From an uncultured bacterium (GTDB lineage Bacteria > Acidobacteriota > HRBIN11 > JAKEFK01): a stretch of 64,000 bases of DNA. The translations under genes and the position numbers were made by a program. Below, in pieces: positions 52,423-61,218 of the stretch (position 1 is the stretch's first letter; every line of letters begins with the position of its first letter). The notes beneath the pieces were generated by a model. The model did no database searches. It saw only the letters and a list, made by a program, of their open reading frames with translations, and was not told where the DNA came from. The DNA lies in assembly GCA_963777505.1 (NCBI GenBank), contig CAVZQN010000001.1, forward strand, positions 128,001 through 192,000, given 5' to 3'.

Positions 52423-53685
52423 TTACCGGACTAGTTCTGGATGCCGCAACTTAAATACTTCCTGTCTGCGTGCTTCCACTTCAGCCTTACGCGCAGATGT
52501 AATATCGGGATGTCTTAACAAATCAACAAGCCGCGCATAATACTCATTCAACTCGCGATCGCTTGTTCCTAGCTTCGGGTCTTTGCCACCTGATTTGTAA
52601 GCTTCGAATGCGGGTTCTTTATCCTTTGCATTCTGTTCGGCTTCCGATAATGGAATTTTCGGCAATCCCTGAGTACCATCCACTGAATTCCATGTTGCGG
52701 TTTTCGCAAATGGAGGATCGACCTGGCTTGGATCCTCACCATCAGTCATGGATTCCCATTTTTTCAAATGTTGCGGCGCTCCGCTTTCTGCTTTTGGAGA
52801 AAATTCGTTATATGCAAACGCGCTCTTTAAATTTGGAAAAGCGCTTCTGAGAGTTGCGAATGACTCTTCACCGGCGCAAAAACAAGCAGACACTGCAACG
52901 TGTTCAATCTTTGCGGCGCCTTTTGGAAATACGTTCGCCAGTTTTTCAACATCCTTTAAATGAAACACTCCCTTGTCGTCTCCGCTGATTTCTCCGTTCA
53001 TTCCATGACCCGAAAGAACCAGACGATTTACAGGCAACTTTCCTTCTCCTGCGCGATGGAAATTCAATCCGAGTTGTGCCATTTCATCGCGAGACTCTTT
53101 CTTCACACCTTTTAAAGTATTCACAAAATCCTGAGCCTGTTTGTCTGACATCTTATCCGGACCACTTTTGAGCGCGTCGCGATACGCATCTAATCCGGTA
53201 TCTGTTTTCAGATCAAAGTCTTTACCTTCGTAATTAATTTTGCCTTCTGACTCGTATGCTTTTATTTGAGTCACTCCACCATCACTTTTCGGATTAGACT
53301 TTTCCAAAGCATTCGCCTCGTGTACCGACTCTTTACGCATTCCGAGGTGAATCACACCCTGCATCCGGGCCTTCGAAGCGTTTCGATCAATCTCTGATTT
53401 CAATGCTTCATAAACTTCTCCACTTTTTGTTTCAACACCCGCCGAATCTTTCGATACAAACGAATTTGCGGAGCCATTCTTGTCAAAGCCGTCAACTACT
53501 TTAAAAAGCTTGTTGTATTCAGCCTGACCGCTGATCTGTCCATCTTTGCCAGCAATCTTTGCCAGATCTGACTCCGATACTCCTGCTTTGGCAAGCTTGG
53601 CCCTTGTTTCCGGCGTCATGTCATTGACATTGATGCCACTCTTCGAAAATTCCTTCATAAATTGCGAACGATTAATTGTAGTCAT
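52423..53685 (-). CDS. Hypothetical protein with EF-hand-like N-terminus and putative clan CD (caspase-fold) His/Cys domain
   Basis: Likely start MTTINRSQ at 53685; DGQISG / DGFDKNG loops; RLVLSGHG and HVAVSAC strand-ending motifs. Confidence 0.6.
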   Translation of the reverse strand: MTTINRSQFMKEFSKSGINVNDMTPETRAKLAKAGVSESDLAKIAGKDGQISGQAEYNKLFKVVDGFDKNGSANSFVSKDSAGVETKSGEVYEALKSEIDRNASKARMQGVIHLGMRKESVHEANALEKSNPKSDGGVTQIKAYESEGKINYEGKDFDLKTDTGLDAYRDALKSGPDKMSDKQAQDFVNTLKGVKKESRDEMAQLGLNFHRAGEGKLPVNRLVLSGHGMNGEISGDDKGVFHLKDVEKLANVFPKGAAKIEHVAVSACFCAGEESFATLRSAFPNLKSAFAYNEFSPKAESGAPQHLKKWESMTDGEDPSQVDPPFAKTATWNSVDGTQGLPKIPLSEAEQNAKDKEPAFEAYKSGGKDPKLGTSDRELNEYYARLVDLLRHPDITSARKAEVEARRQEVFKLRHPELVR

Positions 53686-53692
53686 GCCTCTA

Positions 53693-53719
53693 TTATCGGC
53701 AGTCCGAATCTTGAGTTGC
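53693..53719 (-). promoter_or_regulatory. Sigma28 (FliA)-like promoter
   Basis: Minus strand GCAA-N15-GCCGATAA; exact -10 consensus, imperfect -35, 7 nt before the ATG. Confidence 0.5.
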
Positions 53720-53779
53720 GTATGCTTGAAGCTGCGTCTATTGTGGAACAATATTATATAAATGGACTTATGCGAGGAT

Positions 53780-53858
53780 TTACCACAAAGTCACGGAGGG
53801 CACGAAGTTATCAATGATAAATTCAAATCTCCGTGTTCTCCGTGACTCCATCGTGAAT
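53780..53858. repeat. CACGAAG/CACGGAG REP-like inverted repeat
   Basis: ACCACAAAGTCACGGAGGGCACGAAG...CTCCGTGTTCTCCGTGACTCCATCGTGA. Confidence 0.7.
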
Positions 53859-53904
53859 CTTCAAGTTATTGTTACTAGATGACTAGCATCACAAAGGAGA
53901 ATAC

Positions 53905-55221
53905 ATGCAAAGCTTGAGTCTTCGATTGACTCTAATATTCGTCATTTTAATCGTCGCGCCTGAGGCGTGGGCGAAGCAGCAAGATCAGGCAGATAGCTTT
54001 CCTTCAGATGTTGCCTCCGTGTGGTTCGATACTTTATATGACGTCATTAAGTCGGAGGGCACTGCCCCGCCTTCAGCTTCGCGGATCTATGGCGTTGCGT
54101 CCGTCGCGCTGTATGAATCCATCGTGTCCGGGACAGGGAGAAACAAGTCGCTCGTTGGACAACTCAATGACCTGGATTCTCTCCCAAATGTCAAAAAGAA
54201 TAAGAAATACCACTGGCCTACCGCAGCAAACGCAGCTCTGGCGAATACAATTCGCGGGATTTTCACATCGTTGAAACCTGAAAACCTGGAGGCGATCAAC
54301 GCGCTGGAGGCTGACTTCAATACGCAGTTTGAGGAAAAAAAGAGGTTTGAAAAGTCAGTCGAATATGGAAAGAACGTTGCCGATGCGATTCTGGCATGGG
54401 CTGCTACAGACGGCTTTGATGTTCTTAACAACTGCCCCTATGTACCAGTACCTGTGCCTGGAGCCTGGGAACCAACACCGCCGGCATTCAACCCGAACCC
54501 GCTTCAACCATGCTGGGGACAGCTTCGCCCAATGGTAATAACTTCACTTGCGGCATGCGCCCCTTCGGCTCATCCTTCATTTGATACAGACCCCGCGTCG
54601 GAGTTCTTTGCTGCCGCTCAAGAGGTGCACGATGTGAGAATCAATTTAACTGATGAACAGAAAACAATTGCTGATTATTGGGCAGATGGTGCAGTAGCGA
54701 CCGGAACACCTCCAGGTCACTGGATCGCGATCATAGGCCAGTTCGCTCGAAATGATCCGCTTTCGCTTGCAGCTGCGGCAGAAGCTTATGCCCGCGTTGG
54801 TATTGCAGTTCACGATGCCTTCATACAGAGCTGGAATGATAAGTATCAATTTAATCTTCTGCGTCCCGTAACGTACATTCAGGACAACATCGATTCGAAC
54901 TGGCTGCCATACATCGTTACACCAAATTTCCCTAGTTACACCTCGGGGCACTCAACACAGTCGGGCGCCGCAGCATTCATGTTGACTGATATGTTCGGCA
55001 CCCGGACGTTCACGGATACTACTCACACTGACCATGATCTGATTCCACCGCAAGTCCCGCGCACTTTTGCCTCTTTGGACGAAGCTGCGGCAGAAGCGGC
55101 GATGTCCCGTCTTTACGGAGGGATTCACTACTCATTCGACAACAACGATGGCCTCGCCTCAGGACAGTGCGTTGGATTAACGATCACTGACAACGTAAGG
55201 TTCACCCGCAGAAGATTTTAG
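53905..55221 (+). CDS. Secreted vanadium-dependent haloperoxidase / PAP2-superfamily protein
   Basis: Signal peptide; K(YQFNLL)RP, PSYTSGH and SRLYGGIHY motifs; AAGGAG RBS. Confidence 0.88.
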   Translation: MQSLSLRLTLIFVILIVAPEAWAKQQDQADSFPSDVASVWFDTLYDVIKSEGTAPPSASRIYGVASVALYESIVSGTGRNKSLVGQLNDLDSLPNVKKNKKYHWPTAANAALANTIRGIFTSLKPENLEAINALEADFNTQFEEKKRFEKSVEYGKNVADAILAWAATDGFDVLNNCPYVPVPVPGAWEPTPPAFNPNPLQPCWGQLRPMVITSLAACAPSAHPSFDTDPASEFFAAAQEVHDVRINLTDEQKTIADYWADGAVATGTPPGHWIAIIGQFARNDPLSLAAAAEAYARVGIAVHDAFIQSWNDKYQFNLLRPVTYIQDNIDSNWLPYIVTPNFPSYTSGHSTQSGAAAFMLTDMFGTRTFTDTTHTDHDLIPPQVPRTFASLDEAAAEAAMSRLYGGIHYSFDNNDGLASGQCVGLTITDNVRFTRRRF

Positions 55222-55340
55222 ATCTGAGATTTCAGATTTCAGATTGAAATTTTTGATTGTAAGATTGATAGAAATCATGAAGTGCGACAATTCAATCAAG
55301 AATTATTCAATTTTCCATCCGAAATCTAGAATCTGAAATT
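55213..55340. repeat. Imperfect 7-bp tandem repeats with inverted partner
   Basis: AGATTTT AGATCTG AGATTTC AGATTTC AGATTGA ... GAAATCT AGAATCT GAAAT. Confidence 0.55.
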
Positions 55341-55552
55341 GCGGCCGAAGGCCGCTTTGTGTGCTTTGTGTCTCTGCGGTTAAGCTTCGCTCAGGTTCCG
55401 TTAAAGTAGTTTGCAATATCTGTGTTTCAAATTTGCATTGAGTGCAAAGCTTCATTGGCCAACTCATCCTAAAATTACCCAATTCAAACCTGGTTCGCGT
55501 TTTGAAAAAACAAACTAGAACTGTTGCTCTCGATAGCAGATTGAGCAAGAAA

Positions 55553-55582
55553 TCACCACGGAGTATAGAAACTCCGTGGTGA
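55553..55582. terminator. Hairpin between convergent genes (repeat-derived terminator candidate)
   Basis: TCACCACGGAGT-ATAGAA-ACTCCGTGGTGA perfect 12-bp stem. Confidence 0.55.
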
Positions 55583-55609
55583 ATGATTGTGAACTTATTT
55601 TGATCCTCA

Positions 55610-56410
55610 TTAATGAAGGGGTTGAGGCTCACCATACAGGAAATCATCCATCATAACGATGTCTTTCTGATCATCATCTGGTCCTGGCTTGGATGATCCG
55701 GTCCTGATCTTTATGCGGGCTATACTGGCGTCCTGAAAGACGATGCCATAGAAGGACAGACTTCCATCGCCAGGTGAGTTTGGAACGAAACCGGCGAAGA
55801 TGCGATTTCCACCTGCATCGAAGTATTCGATCCGCGTTACGTTGTCCTTGTCAACATCTGTGAATATTGCGCCGAACCCTGTCACCACTGCTGCAGCAGT
55901 TCCATTAGTCCCCGGCACAAAGAAGGAACCTTCGGTCACCCGGCTGCCTACAGGAGTAAACAGACGCTGAGCGCTGAATGGCGTAAAGATATCGGCGTAG
56001 GTTGGATTGTTCAAAAGCACCGCAAGACCGCCAGTTGGGCCACCCGATGTCGGAGCCTGTGATAGTCCAGCCCCTCGCGTAGTGAACTGCGCGCCGCGAC
56101 TATTCAAGAAGACGTCAAACGGTGTAACGGGGTCTGTTGTAACATCCGATCCGCCACCATCCCAATTGATCTCACGACGACCGTTCGCTAGTGGGCCAGG
56201 GTTGCTGGCATTGTTGGGATCTCCCAGAGCAGCGCGGTACGCATCCACTGTGCCCTGAATTGATTCAATTGTTGGTCCTGCCGCTTGGAACACTATTGGC
56301 TGAACTACATCTTCAGCGAGCTCCTGTGCTTGGCCTGCAGGAATGGCCATCGTTAGTGTCATTGCTACGACTAAGAAACGTGTAAAGAGTTTCAGAAACA
56401 TGTTCTTCAT
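55610..56410 (-). CDS. Secreted hypothetical protein (GRREINWDG motif)
   Basis: Signal peptide ending AQA; GRREINWDG, GFGAIFTDVD and MDDFLYGEP motifs; GAGG RBS. Confidence 0.75.
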   Translation of the reverse strand: MKNMFLKLFTRFLVVAMTLTMAIPAGQAQELAEDVVQPIVFQAAGPTIESIQGTVDAYRAALGDPNNASNPGPLANGRREINWDGGGSDVTTDPVTPFDVFLNSRGAQFTTRGAGLSQAPTSGGPTGGLAVLLNNPTYADIFTPFSAQRLFTPVGSRVTEGSFFVPGTNGTAAAVVTGFGAIFTDVDKDNVTRIEYFDAGGNRIFAGFVPNSPGDGSLSFYGIVFQDASIARIKIRTGSSKPGPDDDQKDIVMMDDFLYGEPQPLH

Positions 56411-56465
56411 TGTTAAACCTCACGAATCCTTTTTGTTATTGTTTTTCTTTTCCGCAATAGCCCAA

Positions 56466-56481
56466 AGCACAGTCTGTGCCA
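56466..56481 (-). promoter_or_regulatory. Sigma54-like promoter motif
   Basis: Minus strand TGGCAC-AGACT-GTGCT keeps GG and GC at -24/-12 spacing, one mismatch to consensus. Confidence 0.5.
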
Positions 56482-56788
56482 TTTGCAATCCACTGATTTT
56501 GTTTCCTCAGTGAGGTCCTCAAGAAAGTGTATTGATACTGAATTCAACGCGATTGAATCAATCTAAACCATCACGAAACAAACTGCGTCTCAGTACGAGA
56601 CAACTTTCCATGGAATCGAGGGTGAAGGTGGCTTACAGTGCCGTGAAGCGCAACTGTGGTACATTGATTTCCTGGTCATGTGGCTTAAACCGGGGGATAA
56701 ACTTGGGCCTACGATTCTATACATATTTTTCCGGCAATCAAGTGACTAAAATAATTCTTGTAATACTATACTCTTAGTACTATATATT

Positions 56789-58084
56789 ATGTCAAAACGC
56801 ACTGTTTTCTGGCTGCTCTGGATCCTGATTCTCCCAACGATTGCTACGGCCTCCGATGTGATAGCGATCCGTGCTGCACAAATAATAGATGGAAAAGGCG
56901 GTTCACCATTTCGCCCTGGGATCGTTATCGTTCGCGGTGACAAAATTGAATCCGTAGGAAGCAGTCTGCCAGTTCCGGAAGGTGCACAACTCATCGATTT
57001 AGGAAATGTTACTCTCCTTCCGGGATTAATCGATTTGCATACACATCTAACAGACGAAGTCGGAACCCACTGGGAAGAAGTGTTGTTAAAGACCACACCC
57101 GGACGTGCCGCAATATTTGGCGCCAAAAATGCGCGCGATACATTGATGGCCGGCTTCACAACATGCCGCGATATGGGACCAACCTGGCCGTATACAGATG
57201 TTGATTTACGGTATGCAATTGATAAAGGAGCAGTGCCAGGCCCTAGACTTCAGGTTGCCGGCAATTATGTATCGTCAACTGGCGGTGCTGGTGATGCGCG
57301 GCAATTTTCAATCTATGTGGATGTTCCGGTCGTTCAAAATCTTGCAGATGGTGTTGATGCAGTTCGCCGTGCAGTACGCACGAATTTCAAACATGGAGCC
57401 GATTTTGTAAAAATTCTTGCTACAGGTGCTGTGCTTTCAAAAGGAATTCCACCTGGCTCACAACAATATTCCGATGAGGAATTAGGTGTGGCGGTTGAAG
57501 AAGCGAATCGTTGGGGACGATTCGTTGCAGCGCATGCTCATGGAGCGGGTGGAATCAAGGCCGCAATTCGAGCCGGTGTGCGAACGATCGATCATGGTTC
57601 GATGATGGATGATGAAGCCATCGAGATGCTGAAATCCAGGCAAGGCAAAGTCTATTATGTGCCAACATTGTACGTTGGAGAAGTCATCGATAAAGAAGGT
57701 GAACAATTCAATGTTCCTCAATCTGAAATCGAGCGTTCACGCAAGATGAAGGAACTTAGACCTGCAACTTTTCGCAAAGCTTTGAAGGCGGGATTACAAA
57801 TTCCTTTTTCCACGGACGCAGGCGTATTCCCACATGGACATAACGCTCGTGAATTTGCAATTCGTGTCCGTGAAGGCGAATCAACAATGAATGCAATCAT
57901 CTCCGCAACTCGCATTTCAGCCGAAGCGATGGGCTGGGCTGATCGCGTTGGAACAATCGAATCCGGAAAATTTGCCGACTTCATTGCTGTATCCGGCGAT
58001 CCGCTGAAAGACATTACGGAATTAGAACGCGTGAAATGGGTAATGAAAGGCGGCGTTGTTTATAAGGACGAATTGAATGACTAG
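56789..58084 (+). CDS. Secreted metal-dependent amidohydrolase (Xaa-Pro dipeptidase-like)
   Basis: Signal peptide; PGLIDLHTH, GFTT.RD, VKI, AHAH, IDHG, TDAG, G.IE.GK.AD. Confidence 0.9.
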   Translation: MSKRTVFWLLWILILPTIATASDVIAIRAAQIIDGKGGSPFRPGIVIVRGDKIESVGSSLPVPEGAQLIDLGNVTLLPGLIDLHTHLTDEVGTHWEEVLLKTTPGRAAIFGAKNARDTLMAGFTTCRDMGPTWPYTDVDLRYAIDKGAVPGPRLQVAGNYVSSTGGAGDARQFSIYVDVPVVQNLADGVDAVRRAVRTNFKHGADFVKILATGAVLSKGIPPGSQQYSDEELGVAVEEANRWGRFVAAHAHGAGGIKAAIRAGVRTIDHGSMMDDEAIEMLKSRQGKVYYVPTLYVGEVIDKEGEQFNVPQSEIERSRKMKELRPATFRKALKAGLQIPFSTDAGVFPHGHNAREFAIRVREGESTMNAIISATRISAEAMGWADRVGTIESGKFADFIAVSGDPLKDITELERVKWVMKGGVVYKDELND

Positions 58085-59363
58085 AAAGCTTTTTGTATTC
58101 TTGTCCGCTATTTTGATTTACAGCTCAGCTTCTGCTGAAAATCTCCAAACAAATACAAAACGGATGGAAGAAAGGATTCAGGCGTTATCACAATTCGGTA
58201 AAAATCCTGAAGGTGGAGTGAGCCGTGTTGCGTTCAGCGATGCAGATCTTGAAGGAAGAAAATACATTATTTCACTTATGAAGAATGCGAAACTCGATGT
58301 TCGAATCGATTCAGCAGGAAACATTCTTGGAAGACGCGCAGGTAAAAATGATTCACTTCCTCCTATCCTTTTTGGTTCTCACATCGATTCTGTTCCAGGT
58401 GGTGGAAATTACGACGGCGACGTCGGCACAATTGGAGCAATCGAATGCATTGAAGTTTTGAATGAAAAGAACATGGTTACTCAACATCCATTGGAAGTGG
58501 TCGTGTTTTCAGATGAAGAAGGTGGATTAGTTGGCAGCCGCGCAATGGCTGGAGAGTTAAGTTCTGAAGCGTTGGACTTAAGTACGCACAGTGGAAAAAC
58601 AATTCGCGATGGAATCCGTTTTATCGGAGGAAATCCGGATCAACTCCCGGAAGCAGTACGAAAAAAAGGAAGCATTAAAGCATTCTTGGAATTACATATC
58701 GAACAAGGCGGCATTCTTGATACTGAAAAAATCAATATTGGAGTGGTGGAAGGAATCGTTGGAATCAATTGGTGGGATGTAACCATTGAAGGCTTTGCAA
58801 ATCATGCAGGCACAACGCCGATGAATCAACGAAAAGACGCTTTGCTTGCTGCTGCAAACCTGATTACAGCGGTAAATCGGGTAGCAAAAAGTGTAGAAGG
58901 CCGTCATGTTGCAACCGTTGGAAAGATTAAAGCGGAACCCGGCGCGCCAAATGTGATTCCAGGTAAAGTTGTACTGAGTCTCGAAATCCGTGATCTCGCA
59001 TCGGAAAAGATTCAGATGATTTTTGAAAAGATCAAACAAGAAGCAGTCAAAATCGAAAAAGAATCAGGAACAAAGATTCAGTTCACAGCGCTAGATACAA
59101 CAGCAATTCCTGCACTCAGCGATGAGCGGATCCGTGCAGTCATTGCTCAATCTGCAAAGGATTTAGGATTTACTTCAAAAGTAATGCCGAGCGGAGCCGG
59201 ACACGACGCGCAAGATGTAGCACGGATTGCTCCAATGGGAATGATCTTTGTGCCAAGTGTCGGTGGAATCAGTCACTCACCGAAAGAATTTACAAAACCT
59301 CAAGACATGGCAAATGGTGCAGCCGTCCTTTTACAAACAATTCTGAAAATTGATCAAGATTAA
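58077..59363 (+). CDS. M20 family Zn-dependent hydrolase (N-carbamoyl-amino-acid / allantoate amidohydrolase-like)
   Basis: GSHIDSVP.GG.YDG, DEEG, ELHIEQG, NHAGTTPM, SGAGHDA, GISHSP; signal-like N-terminus. Confidence 0.92.
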   Translation: MTRKLFVFLSAILIYSSASAENLQTNTKRMEERIQALSQFGKNPEGGVSRVAFSDADLEGRKYIISLMKNAKLDVRIDSAGNILGRRAGKNDSLPPILFGSHIDSVPGGGNYDGDVGTIGAIECIEVLNEKNMVTQHPLEVVVFSDEEGGLVGSRAMAGELSSEALDLSTHSGKTIRDGIRFIGGNPDQLPEAVRKKGSIKAFLELHIEQGGILDTEKINIGVVEGIVGINWWDVTIEGFANHAGTTPMNQRKDALLAAANLITAVNRVAKSVEGRHVATVGKIKAEPGAPNVIPGKVVLSLEIRDLASEKIQMIFEKIKQEAVKIEKESGTKIQFTALDTTAIPALSDERIRAVIAQSAKDLGFTSKVMPSGAGHDAQDVARIAPMGMIFVPSVGGISHSPKEFTKPQDMANGAAVLLQTILKIDQD

Positions 59364-59381
59364 CCGCAAAGGCGCAGAGGC

Positions 59382-59837
59382 TCAGGATCGAGAATCAAGC
59401 ATTGAATCCAACACGACTTTCATGAAAGCGAACATAAGGGGTTTCAAGTCTTCACGAACTTGAAATTCAGGCTGTGGTTGTGTGATTCGCATCAAGACAT
59501 ACTCTATCAGTTTTGGCTCTCTCGAATCAGGAAGTATCGAGACTTTTTCATCTGTCAGAGTCATCATCAAATGATCGTCCATTTCATTTAGCTTTTTCGG
59601 TGAGACTTTTTTTACAGATCTGGAATTCTCTACAAGCACCATCCACAGGACAAGAGCTGTCGTGAAAAAAATATCTTGTTCATCTTCATTCAACTCTTCA
59701 CGCTGGCTGATCGCAGCAAGATATACAAAGACGGCGGGCTGCTTCTGCTGAAATTTCACAATCAATTTATTTAAACCTTTTTCATCCACGTTGCGGATCG
59801 TGTCTTCAATTCCAAGAATACTTTCCATCGAAATCAT
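59382..59837 (-). CDS. Hypothetical helical protein
   Basis: Likely start MISMESI at 59837 overlaps the MFS stop (ATGA). Confidence 0.6.
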   Translation of the reverse strand: MISMESILGIEDTIRNVDEKGLNKLIVKFQQKQPAVFVYLAAISQREELNEDEQDIFFTTALVLWMVLVENSRSVKKVSPKKLNEMDDHLMMTLTDEKVSILPDSREPKLIEYVLMRITQPQPEFQVREDLKPLMFAFMKVVLDSMLDSRS

Positions 59838-61152
59838 GATTTTGTATCGCTTTGAACCATCGGAACATCGGAACGGATGAAGAGCCAGAGTACTGCAGCC
59901 GTTAAAGCAAAAATAGCTCCGCTCGAAATCGCGACAGGCCATCCGAAATACTTGGCAATGACTGGAACTAACAACGCCCCGACACCACCAACAACGTTCC
60001 CGCCGGTGTTGAGAAGTCCGCTTGCAGTACCAGTGTTCCTTCCCGCAACGGATGCAATGGCGGCCCAGTACGATCCTTCAGTTAGCTGAGTACAACCTAA
60101 GGACAAAGATAGAAATGCAACAGAGGCATATGAGTTTTGCGAGTAAGCACCAATCACCAAAAATAACGCTGCCAGGATCAAAGCCGGGATGGGGACAATT
60201 TTGTAGCCGCGACGCACGCCCAACCGCTTTGCAAAATGATCTGAAATCAGGCCACCGATGGCCGCTCCAACGGCTCCGGCAATCCATTGCGCAGAAGTGA
60301 GAAATCCGGCTTCTTGATGTCCAACTTTTCTAACGTCAACCAGATAAAAAAAAACCAGTTGAACACAAGATAGAAGATGTAGTTCATGCAGAAATAACTG
60401 AAAGTCAGAAGTAAAATCTCACGATTTTTTAAGGCAGCCTTCCATGCATATCTTGTGGGCTCGTCTGAAGTTGATTCCCTCTTTTGATTGATTAGTTGAA
60501 GTTCGGCAGCGCTTACCGAACGATGCATAGCGGGATAATCCCTGCCATACCACCACCAGATTGCGGCAATAAAGAATCCAAGAGGTGCGGTATAAAAAAA
60601 GCATTCCCGCCATCCATAGAGACCCGCAAGCCAGACAATCAATGGAGCCCCTACAGCACTTCCCAGTGTTAGCGCTGAGCTTGTTAATCCATTTGGAAAT
60701 CCCCAACCTCCCACAGGAAACCAATTTGCAATGACTGCGCCAATGACTGGAAATATAGGTGCATTCAAAGCGCCAACAAGAAAGCGGATGACGATCAAAG
60801 ATACTAACAGCACTGTAGTTGTAACGAGTGGCGGAGTAGGAACGAGTCCAGTTAGAATTGTGAGAACTCCCCACGAAAGCGCCATGAACGTAATCGCTTT
60901 TCGAGATCCTACAATGTCACCAAAAATTCCGCCGGGAAATTGAAAAATCGCATAACCCCATGCAAAAGCAGCAAGAACATGTCCTAATTGAATTTCAGTA
61001 ATGCCAAATTCTCGAACCATTGTTTCACCAATGATTGATAAATTGGTCCGTAATATATAGGAAATGCAGGAAGCGAGTGAGATGAGGATGAGAATTTTCC
61101 AGCGTACGTTTGTCAGGCTTGTATGTGGAAGGTGATCAGCTTTTTCTATCAC
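59834..61152 (-). CDS. MFS transporter, anion:cation symporter-like (frameshifts near the poly-A at ~60350 and ~60270)
   Basis: RW.IL...SY..RTNLSI, Q.PGG..GD..G.R, WFP, YGWR; the C-terminal half is in ORF 59834-60223. Confidence 0.85.
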
Positions 61153-61218
61153 GCCGGTGATGATATCACGAGAAGTTAATTTTTCGGATTTAGTTCAACC
61201 GCAAAGCCACAGAGGTCC

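Noticed and set aside
55303-55647. 114-aa minus-strand ORF
   Set aside because: Overlaps the end of the 55610 gene and runs through repeat elements; likely spurious.
60347-60355. Phase-variable poly-A tract in the MFS gene
   Set aside because: A homopolymer indel is the commonest long-read error and the window has many other indels; it cannot be distinguished without reads.
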